Position numbers and translations under genes: made by a program. A stretch of DNA of 63,300 nt, counting the filler, from Hyphochytrium catenoides (Eukaryota > Protista > Hyphochytriomycota), in the NCBI GenBank assembly GCA_900088475.1. It is 7 parts of 7 records of this genome, joined end to end, with 100 filler letters (N's around TTAATTAATTAA, not from the genome) between each part and the next. Parts side by side here need not be neighbours in the genome. Positions count along the whole stretch, not along the records: positions 23,918 to 43,203 come from FLMG01004347.1; 6 more parts are not named here. One strand, 5' to 3'. The notes under the pieces are model-generated. The model had not been told where the DNA came from. It was given only the letters and a program-made list of their open reading frames with translations, and made no database searches. Below, in pieces: positions 24,303 through 35,315 of the stretch (position 1 is the stretch's first letter; each line of letters opens with the position of its first letter).

Positions 24303-26634
24303 TCTCTCTTTCCTAGCAAACGTGACCGCCCGAACAGCAACTGGGAACTTCTGAAGTCCGACGAGACAGAACAACGAAAAGTAAAGGTGGAGGCGGAGGA
24401 AGGAGAGGAAGAAGAGGAAGAAGAAGGAGAGCAGGAGCAAGAACAGAACGAGGAAGAGGCTGGAGAAGGAGAGGAAGGAGAAGACAAAGATAAGGCTCTC
24501 GCCTCCAAACGGTGGACAAAGGAGCAGGACGACTCTCTGAGAGAAGCTGTTGCATATTATGGAGAGAAGAACTGGAAGGCGATTGCAGCCCGTGTACCGC
24601 ATAGAAACCACGCACAGTGCCTGCAGAGGTGGAATAAGTCTTTCTCACCCAATCCCGATCTCTCTCTCTCTCTCACTCTCTTTCCTTTTCTTTGCTCTGT
24701 CTCCCTCTCGGTCTGTAGTATCCTTACGTCTCTGTCAAACGTAATATCCTTGTTATTACCTCTCCTCCTTTTTCTTCCCCTGCTCTTTGTCTCTCTTTGG
24801 CAACTGGTGTGCCTCGTCTTCCGCTTAAACCTCGTGTCTCTCTCCTCATCTTTTCTCCTCTCTCTCTCTTTTCTCCCTTTCTCTCTGTTCTTAACTCATG
24901 GGCAGATGGCGCAAAGTTCTCAAGCCGGGACTAGTGAAGGGTCACTGGTCCTTCGAGGAAGACAGCATTCTGGAGGCTTTGGTGCGGCAAGGAGTGAACA
25001 ACTGGGGACAGATCGCCGACCAGATCCCAGGCCGGACGCCAAAACAGTGCAGAGAGAGATGGAGAAATCACTTGGATCCGAGTATTAATAAGGGACCTTA
25101 TACACCGGAGGAAGACAGAGCCTTACTAGAGGCGCAGGAGAAACTTGGGAACAAATGGTCGCAAATTGCTCAGCTACTACCCGGAAGGACGGAGGACTCT
25201 GTGAAGATTCGGTCGGTGCATGTCTCTCTTTCTCTCGCGGCGCTTCTTTCCCTTTCTTGGCTCTCCAGACGCCTGACTTTTTGCTTGCTCTTGCTTCTGT
25301 CTTGGTTGGCTGTTGCCTTCGATCTTCACTGTCCTCTTCTTAGACATTCGTGCACCAGAGACGTCTCCTCCTTCTCTACTTTCATGCTGTCACTCTGGGT
25401 CTCTCTCTCTCTCTCTCTCACGTACTGCCATTGCGCCTAGGCTTAGGTTCCTTTGCCCTTCCTTCCTCCTCTTTAACGGGGTTCTCTCTCCCGTGCTTCC
25501 AGGTGGAAATCCCTGAAACAAGGTGGAAAGCAGAAGAGAGGCAGTGGTAGCGGACAGAGCAGGCAGCAGACAGGTCTCTCTCCCTCGTCACCGGCGGTCT
25601 CAGGCCCCATTAGTGCTCCCCCTGGAATCAGAGAGACGGCACTGCCAGTTCGACCTAATGTTGCTGATCCGAAGGTTAACCTGAATGACCTGGTGAGACT
25701 ACCCTCGTCTTCCCTTCTCTAGCTCTTCTCTGTCTCTCCTCGCCTGTCTCTCTCTCTCTCAGACACAAACAGACAATTTCCCTCTCTCATCTGTCGTGGC
25801 CAGTAGTAGAAGAGTCGTTGCTGTTCTTTCGCTCTCTCCTTATTTGCTGCTTGCCTTTGTTCCTAGCCTGTGACCTTCTATAGGTCACTGTAAATGACAA
25901 GGTCTTACCACTCCCTCTCTCTCTTTCTTTCTCTCTCTCTCTCTCTCAATCTTTCTCACTTCGTTTTCCTTCCTCCCAATCCGCGCTCTTTCTTTCTCTA
26001 CTCTCCCCGCTGTCTTTCCTCTGATCCCCTGCCCTCCATCAGCTGTACGGCAGTGGACCCAACTCTCAAGTCAATAGCTGGGCAACAGCACAGCTTCCGC
26101 TCCCTCCGGCTGCTGGGACTCAGATGGGTCCTGAAAGCTTACTTCTTGAGGACCTGACAGTTATTCCCGATCCGCTGCCTTTCGTACGACAAAGTCTCTC
26201 TCTCTCTCTTCGTCTCTCTCCGTCTCTCTGTTGCTTGACTTTCTTTCTTTCTCTTTTTTCTCCTTCTCTGTCTTACTGTCTCCCTTCTGTCTTCAGAATG
26301 TGATGTCGACAGCGTAATCTTCTGTACACTGATTTATGTCCATCCCACCGATCGTCATGCTCTTGAGCTTCTCCTTCTCTCCTCTCCCCTGCTCCCATCC
26401 CTAACTCCCTCTCTTGCTTAGACTGTCTCTTTCCAGGGCCAAGGCGCGATGGCTCCTCCTGTCCCCGTGCCCCCAGCCATCGACACGACTGAGGCAACAG
26501 CGCTGCTAGCCCATTATGGACTCCAAGATCCCTTTGGAGGAGATCCTCTCGGTCCTCTCACCACGCCTCTATCTCCTCTCGCTGACCTTGACGATCTGGT
26601 CATGCTCCAGAAACAACTGGGACTTGGGAAGTGA
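23918..26634 (+). CDS. Three-repeat (R1R2R3) Myb transcription factor, 5' truncated
   Basis: Exons ~23918-23958, 24317-24628, 24906-25211, 25503-25692, 26043-26183, 26437-26634. Repeats: WTKEQD...NWKAIA...QCLQR|W; KGHWSFEED...KQCRERWRNHLDP; KGPYTPEED...GNKWSQIAQLLPGRTEDSVKIR|W. Confidence 0.93.
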
Positions 26635-27041
26635 AGGAAGCCAGAAGAGAGAGAGAGAGAGAAGAGAGAACACGCATCCGCAAAGACGCTGGGTAGAAGA
26701 GAGAGAAAGAGAGAGGGATGGAGAAAGAGAAACACATCGCATGGAAAGCAAGTTGAAAGGAAAAAAGGGTACAATGGAGGCATAAGGGAGGCGAAGAGAA
26801 CGGGACAGACCAAAATCAATCTCTGCTCTCGCTTGTCTTCATCGCTACTCTCCTGCTTATGGACGAGGAGAGAGAAGGGCTCTAGGAGGGACTGAATATT
26901 TATGAGAAAGAAGGAGGGAAGGCTTACAGTTTTGCAAGATTAAAAGAAGAGACTGCCCTGGTCTAGGCGCTGACCACCATTGTAATTCAGAGTATTTCTG
27001 TACATCTTCTCCCTCACTCTCTTTCTCTCTCTCTCTCCCTC

Positions 27042-27074
<33 letters not shown>

Positions 27075-27144
27075 TTTAGAGACTTTGACTTCAAGTCTCT
27101 TGTTGTTCTCTCTCTCTCTCTCAATCCTCTCCCTCTTTGTCCTT

Positions 27145-27549
27145 GCTAGAAATGAGGGAGGATGCTACTATAAGACTCCAACACCACATCCACCTATCGT
27201 AACGCACTAGATTATAAAAATGCGACAGTGGCAAGAGGCAGCCGTGAAACAAGTAAACTTGATACTCACGCTCCCAGACACGACCATACCTCATGCACTA
27301 CCGATGCCAGACTCTACTGACGCGGACTATGTTAGAGTCTGCGGCCTATGGCCGGTGACGCGGACTATGCTAGAGTCTGGCATCGGTAGTGCATGAGGTA
27401 TGGTGGTGTCTGGGGGCGTGAGTATCAAGTTCACTTGTTTCACGGTTTCCTCTTCTTGCCACTGTCGCATTTTATAATCTAGTGCGTTACGATAGGTGGA
27501 TGCGGTGTTGGAGGAGTCTTATAATATAGCATCCTCCCTCATTATTAGC
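27145..27549. repeat. Long foldback inverted repeat (MITE-like element or hairpin-RNA locus)
   Basis: Arm 27151-27316 is the reverse complement of 27371-27543 (about 7 substitutions and 4 short indels by hand alignment). The loop contains a duplicated tgacgcggactatg(t/c)tagagtctg. Confidence 0.93.
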
Positions 27550-30076
27550 CAACTTTATTGCCTCCATGGCGTGGCCGCTCGAGCCTAAAGCTCCTCAGCC
27601 CCAACGAGCCCCACGCAAGACTCGTGCTTGCTTTCTTATGCCCAAGGCTGAAGGGTCACACGGTTCGACTCGCTGTTATTATCCCTAAGGTTTATCTAAT
27701 GAAACAGGAGGAACTCTCTAATGTAAGGAATAATAAGCCATTTTTGCCAACAAAATTTCTAATGTTCTTCATAAGCCATAAAGGTCTTTGGCAAAAAGGG
27801 CTTATTATTACATTTGGACCTCTGGAGAAGGACCTATCGCTAGCAACAGACTAACTCTAGAAGAGAGAAGAAAGTGAAGAAGAAGAAGAGGCAGAAAGAA
27901 GAGAAGAAAAGCTTAAGAAGCCTTAGGCTCTTCCCTCATCTCAGCTCGGAACCCTGCTCCCTGCTCGTCATCAGTAAGAGAAGAATCATAGTTGATTTCC
28001 TCAGTTAATGATGAGCGGAGAAGAAGAAGGAAGAGGAGGAGGTGAACCACCAGGCAGCAGCCATGTCATCACCAGCAACCATCATGTCATCACCGTCGAG
28101 CTCGGCCGTCGCGAGATAGACAAGCAAGAGAACGGTCCAGCAGTTCATCAGGAGGAGGAATGCGCTTCAAGATTTGAAGTGCATTTTGAGGGGATCCCTA
28201 AGGACCACCAAGGGTCGCGTGTCTATAAGGCGTTTCTTCACTTTGTAAAAACTTGGGGCGATGATGTCTTCGAGGGAGGAGGAGGAAAAAGAAGAAAAGA
28301 TACCATACAAACTCCTAATAACTGGAAAGCTACAGGCTGTACCACCAGATATCTTCTAAGTAGTAGTGCACCACGAAGTAAGGAAGGAGGGAAGTGACCG
28401 TGACTGTACAGCAAGCAGGTGTCTTTTTAGAAGAAGAAGGACCAAGAGGCAACGAGCTGCTGTCGTCGGGCGGCGGAGGGGAGGTTTCTATCTTCTTCTT
28501 CTCTGTACTCGTACGAGAATCTGTCCACCTCCTGGCGTAGCAAGTCTCTTACTGACATAGTTGTAGGGAGCTCGGTCTTCTTCGTCCTTCTTGGTGGAGG
28601 AGATGAAGACTGAGAAAGAAAGAAGGAAGCAAAGATGGTGGAGGGAGAGGAAGCACTTGTTGTTGCGAGGTATGACGCTCATAATGATCGCGGCTCAACT
28701 TATGCACCGCTGCGACCTTCTTACTGGAGGAGATGCAACGGATGACCCTCGAATGCTAGGGAGGGATGATCTATGGATTGTGATTCCACGTTGCTGGACA
28801 CGATCTAGAAATAAAGAGGAGCAGCAGCGAGGCACCATGAAGGAAAAGATCGCGACACGGCTTTTGCACCGGCACCTACTACTACGGGTGGTCTTCTGAT
28901 GATGAATGACGACCAACAACAAACAAGTCAAATCAAGATCTTCTCAATCAGGTCAGGATCAGCAGGAGATACAAATGAGTCGAGGGTCTTCTTATTAGCG
29001 ACTTTTTTCTGCTTGTTGGTTCTTGCTAATAAAGACAGAAATCTGGCTGACATCTTCGTCTTTGGTGTGCGTGTGGTACCTTCTCACCACTATAAATAAG
29101 TTCCATCTTCCTAGCATTTGGCACTTAACTGCGGTAAGATATCCCTTCTTCGCCATCTCCGTACGCAATGCCACTTTATGGGAATGGCCTTATTACAAAG
29201 GCCAGCAGGCAGCAACTTACAAACAGAGGTGGACTTTGAAGCTACCAAATCTCCAAGCAGCAGCGCTATGAAAGAAGATGATGATGCTTTCTTCCACCAC
29301 CGCTTGTTGTCAGTCGTCGTCTCATAATACCTAACTCGTTTGGCTAAATTAAAGAACATGGCACGCTTGATATTTCCCTTTGGCTGGCTAGACCGGGCGA
29401 CTCTTTATTCATCAAAACAGCAAACGCCCAGAGAGCCAGCCGTGTCTTCTTCTAGCAATCTCGAAGCACTCATCCTTGTCATCAGCGTACAAACTGGATA
29501 TTTGAGCGCTTCGTCACGCTTGTAACGACCTCTCTGTTGACTCTTCATAGAGGAGAAAGGAAGGAAGATCGCACCGCACCTAATGAGACATCAGTATTGA
29601 TTGATGATCTGGAACAAGAATGATGATAGTGTTTCCTCCTCCTCACCACCTCGTTCTGCTAAGGATGACAATCTCGAAGCCTCTCCCTCAGACTGAAGAT
29701 TAGCTACCTTGTGGTTGCGGTCTTTAACCCTAAGCTAGAGCGGGACTGAACTCACCAATAATATTCAAACCTCACTGCTGCTGCCTGCTAATAATGGCTC
29801 GCGTGAGAGAGTTGTTTTCTCTTCCTTCTTCCTCAATATAAGGCTAAGCCATCCTCTGAGCAGTGGGTCATCGCTCGGTTGTCGTGTAGCTTTTCTGGAG
29901 GCATAGGGTGAAGGCAACCACTTCTCAACTTTCAACCTACGTCCAAAGGGCGCCTTCTTCCGACCTAGATAGGACGCCAAAAAACAAGAAAGCCGAGACC
30001 AGATAACGTGAGGCCAGGACAAGATACCGCTTTGCAAGCCCTTCAGTGGCGGTGAAGTGAGCAAGCAGTCCACAAG

Positions 30077-30967
30077 ATGGCCATCTATTCCCCACAATCG
30101 AGAAGAGGCTGCTCTTCAGCATCCGTCGTCATACTATGGTTTGCCATGCTATGTCTTCTTCTTCTCGGCGCAGCACCACCATCGTCGATGGTTGCAGCAG
30201 AGCCTCCATCACCTAAAGATCGTAAAGGAAAGAGTGATGATCCCAAGGCGCCACCATTTACCCGCAATTTCGAGCTCGAGAAGCTCTATCCTCCCTTTGA
30301 GGAATATATTCCCCCAACTTCACAGCGTAACAAGAAGGACAACGGAATAGCAGGCGAAAAAGATGTTGGAGACCAGCAAACAGCTGCCGACCGACAGAAT
30401 GGAGATGGTGGCGGCCGTCGAGGCAGTGCCGGGAACTCCACTCTCTTAGAGGGCTGGAATCAGAGGAAGAGACTACGGGTGGGAGGACGAGCTTTGGCGG
30501 TCTATTACAATTCAGACACTCAGAAGCTGATTTTCTTAAAGCCGCAAAGTTATTACAATCCATTGTTTGGTCAAAGCGATGATGCCATGCGCATCACCTC
30601 CACTGCTATCGTTTCTTGCTACGAAGCGCGACTTAAGATGCAAAACGATGGGAATCTTGTGCTCTATAGGACCAACAGTTTCAGTTGCTTCGGCGGTTCA
30701 GCGACATTCTACGCTGTATGGTCGTCAGGCACTCAGTGGCGTGGGCGTATGCCATCCCGGGCAGTAATGCAGTCGGACGGCAACTTTGTCATCTACGACT
30801 ATGACAACAAGGCAGTCTGGGCGAGTGACACGTACTATGGACCAGACTTCAACAAGAACTACGTCGTGCTGAGGTACAAAAGTACGAACAGCTTGTGGCT
30901 GGAGATCGTGACCGATGATGGAAGATACAATTATAACGAGTTTCCCATTGTCAAGACGCTGTACTAA
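30077..30967 (+). CDS. Secreted bulb-type (GNA-related, B-type) mannose-binding lectin-domain protein, intronless
   Basis: Hydrophobic signal VVILWFAMLCLLLLGAA. Two QxDxNxVxY sites (MQNDGNLVLY, MQSDGNFVIY) with AVWSSGT and AVWASDT. Confidence 0.88.
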   Translation: MAIYSPQSRRGCSSASVVILWFAMLCLLLLGAAPPSSMVAAEPPSPKDRKGKSDDPKAPPFTRNFELEKLYPPFEEYIPPTSQRNKKDNGIAGEKDVGDQQTAADRQNGDGGGRRGSAGNSTLLEGWNQRKRLRVGGRALAVYYNSDTQKLIFLKPQSYYNPLFGQSDDAMRITSTAIVSCYEARLKMQNDGNLVLYRTNSFSCFGGSATFYAVWSSGTQWRGRMPSRAVMQSDGNFVIYDYDNKAVWASDTYYGPDFNKNYVVLRYKSTNSLWLEIVTDDGRYNYNEFPIVKTLY

Positions 30968-32159
30968 GCCAGCAGCCGCGAGTAGGAATGTCCGCTGAGC
31001 ATGATAGGCAGAAGAAGCGCAGGGATGGTGGTGGCAGCGAAGGTACTGGCGATGATTAGATGAAGGTAGTCAGGTACCCGGGGAAGAAGACTCTCATCAA
31101 TAACTGGTTGGACTGCAGTTGAAAGTCTCCTGTCAATGAAGAGACCAGGGCTTTGTAGCTCTTTAAAATTTGTCGTCTCTTCTTCTGATGAGTCGTAGTA
31201 GTGGCTAAAGGAATGATGTGAAGAATGATAATCTACTAAGTAACAAGTCAAAGAACTGAACCTTCTTGGGGTTTAACTAGGGCCAACATTTTTCTATTGT
31301 TCCGCAGTTGAATCCTTCGCTTGCTTGCCTGGTCCAAGATCATGATGACAATGTCGTTGGCGCTTCTTCTTCTTCTCCTCCTTCTTCTCTGGTTGAGGAT
31401 GAGGACCTCTACGATGATACTTCCTTTGTTTGTGACAGCCAGTGTGGAGGAGACTGAGTCGATGAAGAGGCCAAGCTTATCCTAGTAGCTCTTCTTGTCT
31501 CTTCTTCCTCCTCGTCTTCTTCTTTATTTTCTTCTTTCCTCTTTCTTTTTTTTTTTCTCCTCCTTCTTCTTCCTCTCGTCGGTCTCCTTCTTCTTCTTCT
31601 GAGTAGTGATAGTATCTTGCATTAATGTCGTGAAAGATAAAGAACGGCAAAGACCTATCTGCTGGGTAAATGAAAGGTCTTGTTGACCGTGGCCGTCCTA
31701 CCTATACTACGGGCGGCGGGTCATACCTTTTTTATCTTTCCTGGGGCGGAGAAGAAGAGGTTGCCAGCAGACAATGCCAAAGTCCTTCTCCTACACATTC
31801 AGAAGAAAAGTGATGGAGGACAAGGAGGGAGGAGATGGAGATTGGATCGCGGTGTTGATGACTATAACGATGTAAGACGTGTGTCTGTCCTTTCTCTTCT
31901 CCTTTCTTTCTCTACGACTTACCACGCCAGCAGCAGAGAAGAAGAAGAGAAGGGTTATCACGTTGGCATCATCAGCTTTTAGTGCACTGTAAGGGTTAGG
32001 GTAGCACTAACATGCGATCTCTAATTATCATCATCATCAGTCGCCAAAAAGGTTTTATAAGCTATGAAGACTCATGATCATCAAATCCATCATCCACATG
32101 ATGTAAGAGAACAACTAACATCTTTCATGGATGTCTGCTTGCTGTTCAGGATGAATGTG

Positions 32160-32755
32160 ATTTGAAGGAGTGAGTAGAAGACTACGACCTTCATCGTCAG
32201 ATGGAGATAGAGTACTCCTCCTCCTGTGGATGGCCGCAGCCCCTGAGTGAGAAGCATGGGATGACATGACCAAGAGACGCTGGAGGAGCTTTTCGTAGAC
32301 GAAGATTTACACCCCGCAGCTCCTCCTCAAAAAACCATCGCTTATATCATCTCTCCTCACTCTTTTCATCACTCATAGTAAACATTTCTAGCCTTTTCGA
32401 TCCGATGGAGGAGGAGGAGGCCGAATTGATGAAGAGACCAGGACCTTGTAGCTCTTGTAGTCTCTTCATCATCTTCTCCTTCTTCTCCTCCTCGTCCTTC
32501 CTCTTCTTCTTATCCTCATTCTTCTTCTCATACTCGTCGCATTTACCTTCTTCATTTGAGAGTGAGAAGAAGACCACGATCTTCATCGTCAGATGAAGAT
32601 CGCCTACTAGTCCTGCTGATGACCGCAGCCGCTGAGGGAGGAGAGAGAAGCATTGGATGATGTGACAGACCAGGAAGAAGAGACGCTGCTGCTGGAGCTT
32701 TTCTTCCTTCTTGGGACGAAGATTTTCCTCTGCAGCCTCCTCGTCAAACCATCGC
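32160..32755. repeat. Two diverged ~180-200-bp direct repeats
   Basis: 32160-32341 and 32554-32755 share ordered blocks atttga..gagtgag..cttcatcgtcagatg..ccgcagcc..gagaagcat..agagacgctg..ggagctttt..gacgaagattt..aaaccatcgc. Confidence 0.85.
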
Positions 32756-32956
32756 CACGAAGCTCGCTGATAACGGCTAAATAGCCGGTAACGGTGGATT
32801 GACTAAAATGGAGAAGGGAGTGGATGGGTTGCTTGGTCCAATTTGCGGGTCTGGCAGGTGTTATCTATGGAGGTTTGTGGACAGGGTGGGTAGGTGGCCG
32901 GTCAAATCTTACTTTTGGCCATCTTGTGCTCTTCCTTTCAATGTTCTCTCTCCCTC

Positions 32957-33009
<53 letters not shown>

Positions 33010-33535
33010 GCCTCCTCTGTCTCTCTGTCCCTCTCTCAGCCCTCTCTCTCTGTCCTCCCTCACTCTCTCTCGCTCCTCTCTCTCTTCCCTCTCTCTCTCT
33101 TCTCTCACTCTCTCCTCTCACTCTCTCTCTCTCTGTCTCCCCTCACCCGATTTCTCTCTCTCGCTCTCTCGCTCTCTCGCTTTCGAGCCTTCTCTCGTCT
33201 CTCTGTTGCCTGTCTAGCTCACTGCTTCTGGTATTGGCACCAAGCGTCAAAGAGGTTGGCTCTGTGACTGTCGCGTCACGACCTCGCTCCTCTCTCTCTC
33301 TCTTCCTCCTCCCATCGGGCCTCTCTGTTATCTGAGCATCTGTTCTCTCTCTCCCTCTCTCTCAGCCTCTCTCTCTCCAGTTACACTTCTCCTCTACCAT
33401 TAGAAAGGTCAAGTCACAGACCAAAGGTAAAAGAAAGAAGAGAGACAAGAGAAGCTTGCTTTTTAAGGCGGCCTACGAAGCCGCGGAGGCGCAGTGGAAG
33501 TCTCTGTCGGAGAAAGGCAGCAACGGAGCTATTCT

Positions 33536-33568
<33 letters not shown>

Positions 33569-33880
33569 AAAAGAGGAAGAGAGAAGAGTCTCTCCTGCTG
33601 GAGCCATGTATCTCTTACTGAGTGCAGCGATCCTAATCTCCACAGAGAGCTTCCGGTAGGTCTTGTGCCTCAACTCTTTCTTATGGTTCGACCTCGGTCT
33701 TTCTCTCTCTCTCCTGTTCGTCGCTTGTCCCTTCTTCCTTTCTCTCTCTTTCTCTCTTCCTTCGTCCGGATCTGAGCTCCTCCATATATTGCTCGATACT
33801 GATGTATGGCTCTCTCTTTCCCCTCTCTGCTACTCTTACTGTCTCTCTTTCTTCTGGTTTTCTCCATCTCTTACTCTCTG

Positions 33881-33926
<46 letters not shown>

Positions 33927-33961
33927 ACATCTTCCTCTCCAGCTCTCTGTTGGAAGGTCTA

Positions 33962-35092
33962 ATGGCTGAGGGCGCGGCGGTGCTGGCGGATAATTTCTTC
34001 AGCATCGCGATCGCCACTGTGGGACTCGCCGCCTTCATCGCGTTCTCCCGCTTATTGGAGGGCAGACCCAAGGAGATGGAAGGAAGAGAAGAGGGCGTGG
34101 TAAGTTTAGGTCTCCCTCTCTTCTTTCCTCTTCCTCTCTCTCCTCTCTCTCTCTCTCTCTTTCTTCCTCTCTTCTTTCTCTCTCTCTCTCTCGTGTCAAG
34201 CCTTATCAAAACTCTCGCTATTTTCCTTTCGGGCATCCTTTCGCTCACATTCCACCATACGTTTCTGTCGAACTCTCTCCTAACCTCTTCACCCTCTGTG
34301 CTTCTTTCTCTCCTCTGTCTTCTCTAACATTTTCCACCGCAATTCCGTCTCTCTCTCTCTCTCTCTTTCTCTCCCCTGTAGAGCGCTGCAAGCACGGGCC
34401 CTCAGCCTCGGTGGGAGGTCCTTCGCTTCACAAACTATGGCTTCGTCGTCATCTTTGTGGTGTCCATCACCTACTGTGCCATCAACTATAAGTAAGAGGA
34501 AGAGAGAAGAAGAGAGGAAAAATGGAGAAAGGGAGGGAACGTAAACTTTTTAGAGAGAGGGAGAGAGAGACAGAGAGAGAGAGCATGGAGAAAAGGGACA
34601 GGGTATATTTGTAGAGAGAGAGAAGAGAAAGAGGAGAGAGAGAGAGAGACACCATCATGTACTATCACAGGCTCCCACAAATCCTTTCTTATCGCCCTTC
34701 GAGTCTCTGTACTAAAATACCTGACTTTCTTTCTTTCTCTTTCTGTCTCTCTCTCTCTCTTTCTTTCTCGCTCTTTCTACACTTTGACTCTTAGACGGGA
34801 TGCTGAGGGCCAGGCCCGTTATCTTTATCCGGCGGTGATCTCTGCGTGTCTCTCTTTGGCCTACATCTTTGGCTTCTTTGGTATGTTCTTCGTCTCTGAG
34901 GAAGCCTCGAGACAAGCAGAAGGAATGGCGCTGGACAGCATTTGGTCCCGGCCCAGGAGCCCGCTTCAGAAGCATGTCAGAGGCTGCGAGGCGCCTCTCT
35001 CTCAGGTACGGAAGGAGAAGGGGGCAGACTAAGTGAGAACGGACGGCGGTCTTGATGACAAAGAAGGAGGAGTTAGCAAAAGAAAATAGACA

Positions 35093-35136
<44 letters not shown>

Positions 35137-35267
35137 GAGCCAAAGAGTTACTCTAGAGGATGATCTACTAGCGTGACATTCAAAAAGAAGATACCCCAAG
35201 GTAGAGCAGAGTGGAGTCACAGATGATGATGGAATGCAGCTTGCGAGAGGGCAGAGAGAGAAGGGGG

Positions 35268-35315
<48 letters not shown>

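Noticed and set aside
27318-27380. Repeat-spacer-repeat resembling a mini CRISPR
   Set aside because: Only two copies, a 14-bp spacer, inside a eukaryotic inverted repeat, and no cas genes.
27640-27680. GGTTCGACTC B-box/T-loop-like motif
   Set aside because: The T-stem is imperfect and no cloverleaf or convincing A-box could be built. At most a SINE relic.
31988-32005. Telomere-like TAAGGGTTAGGG (similar at ~29724, 52406, 60001)
   Set aside because: Only 1-2 units each, compatible with chance.
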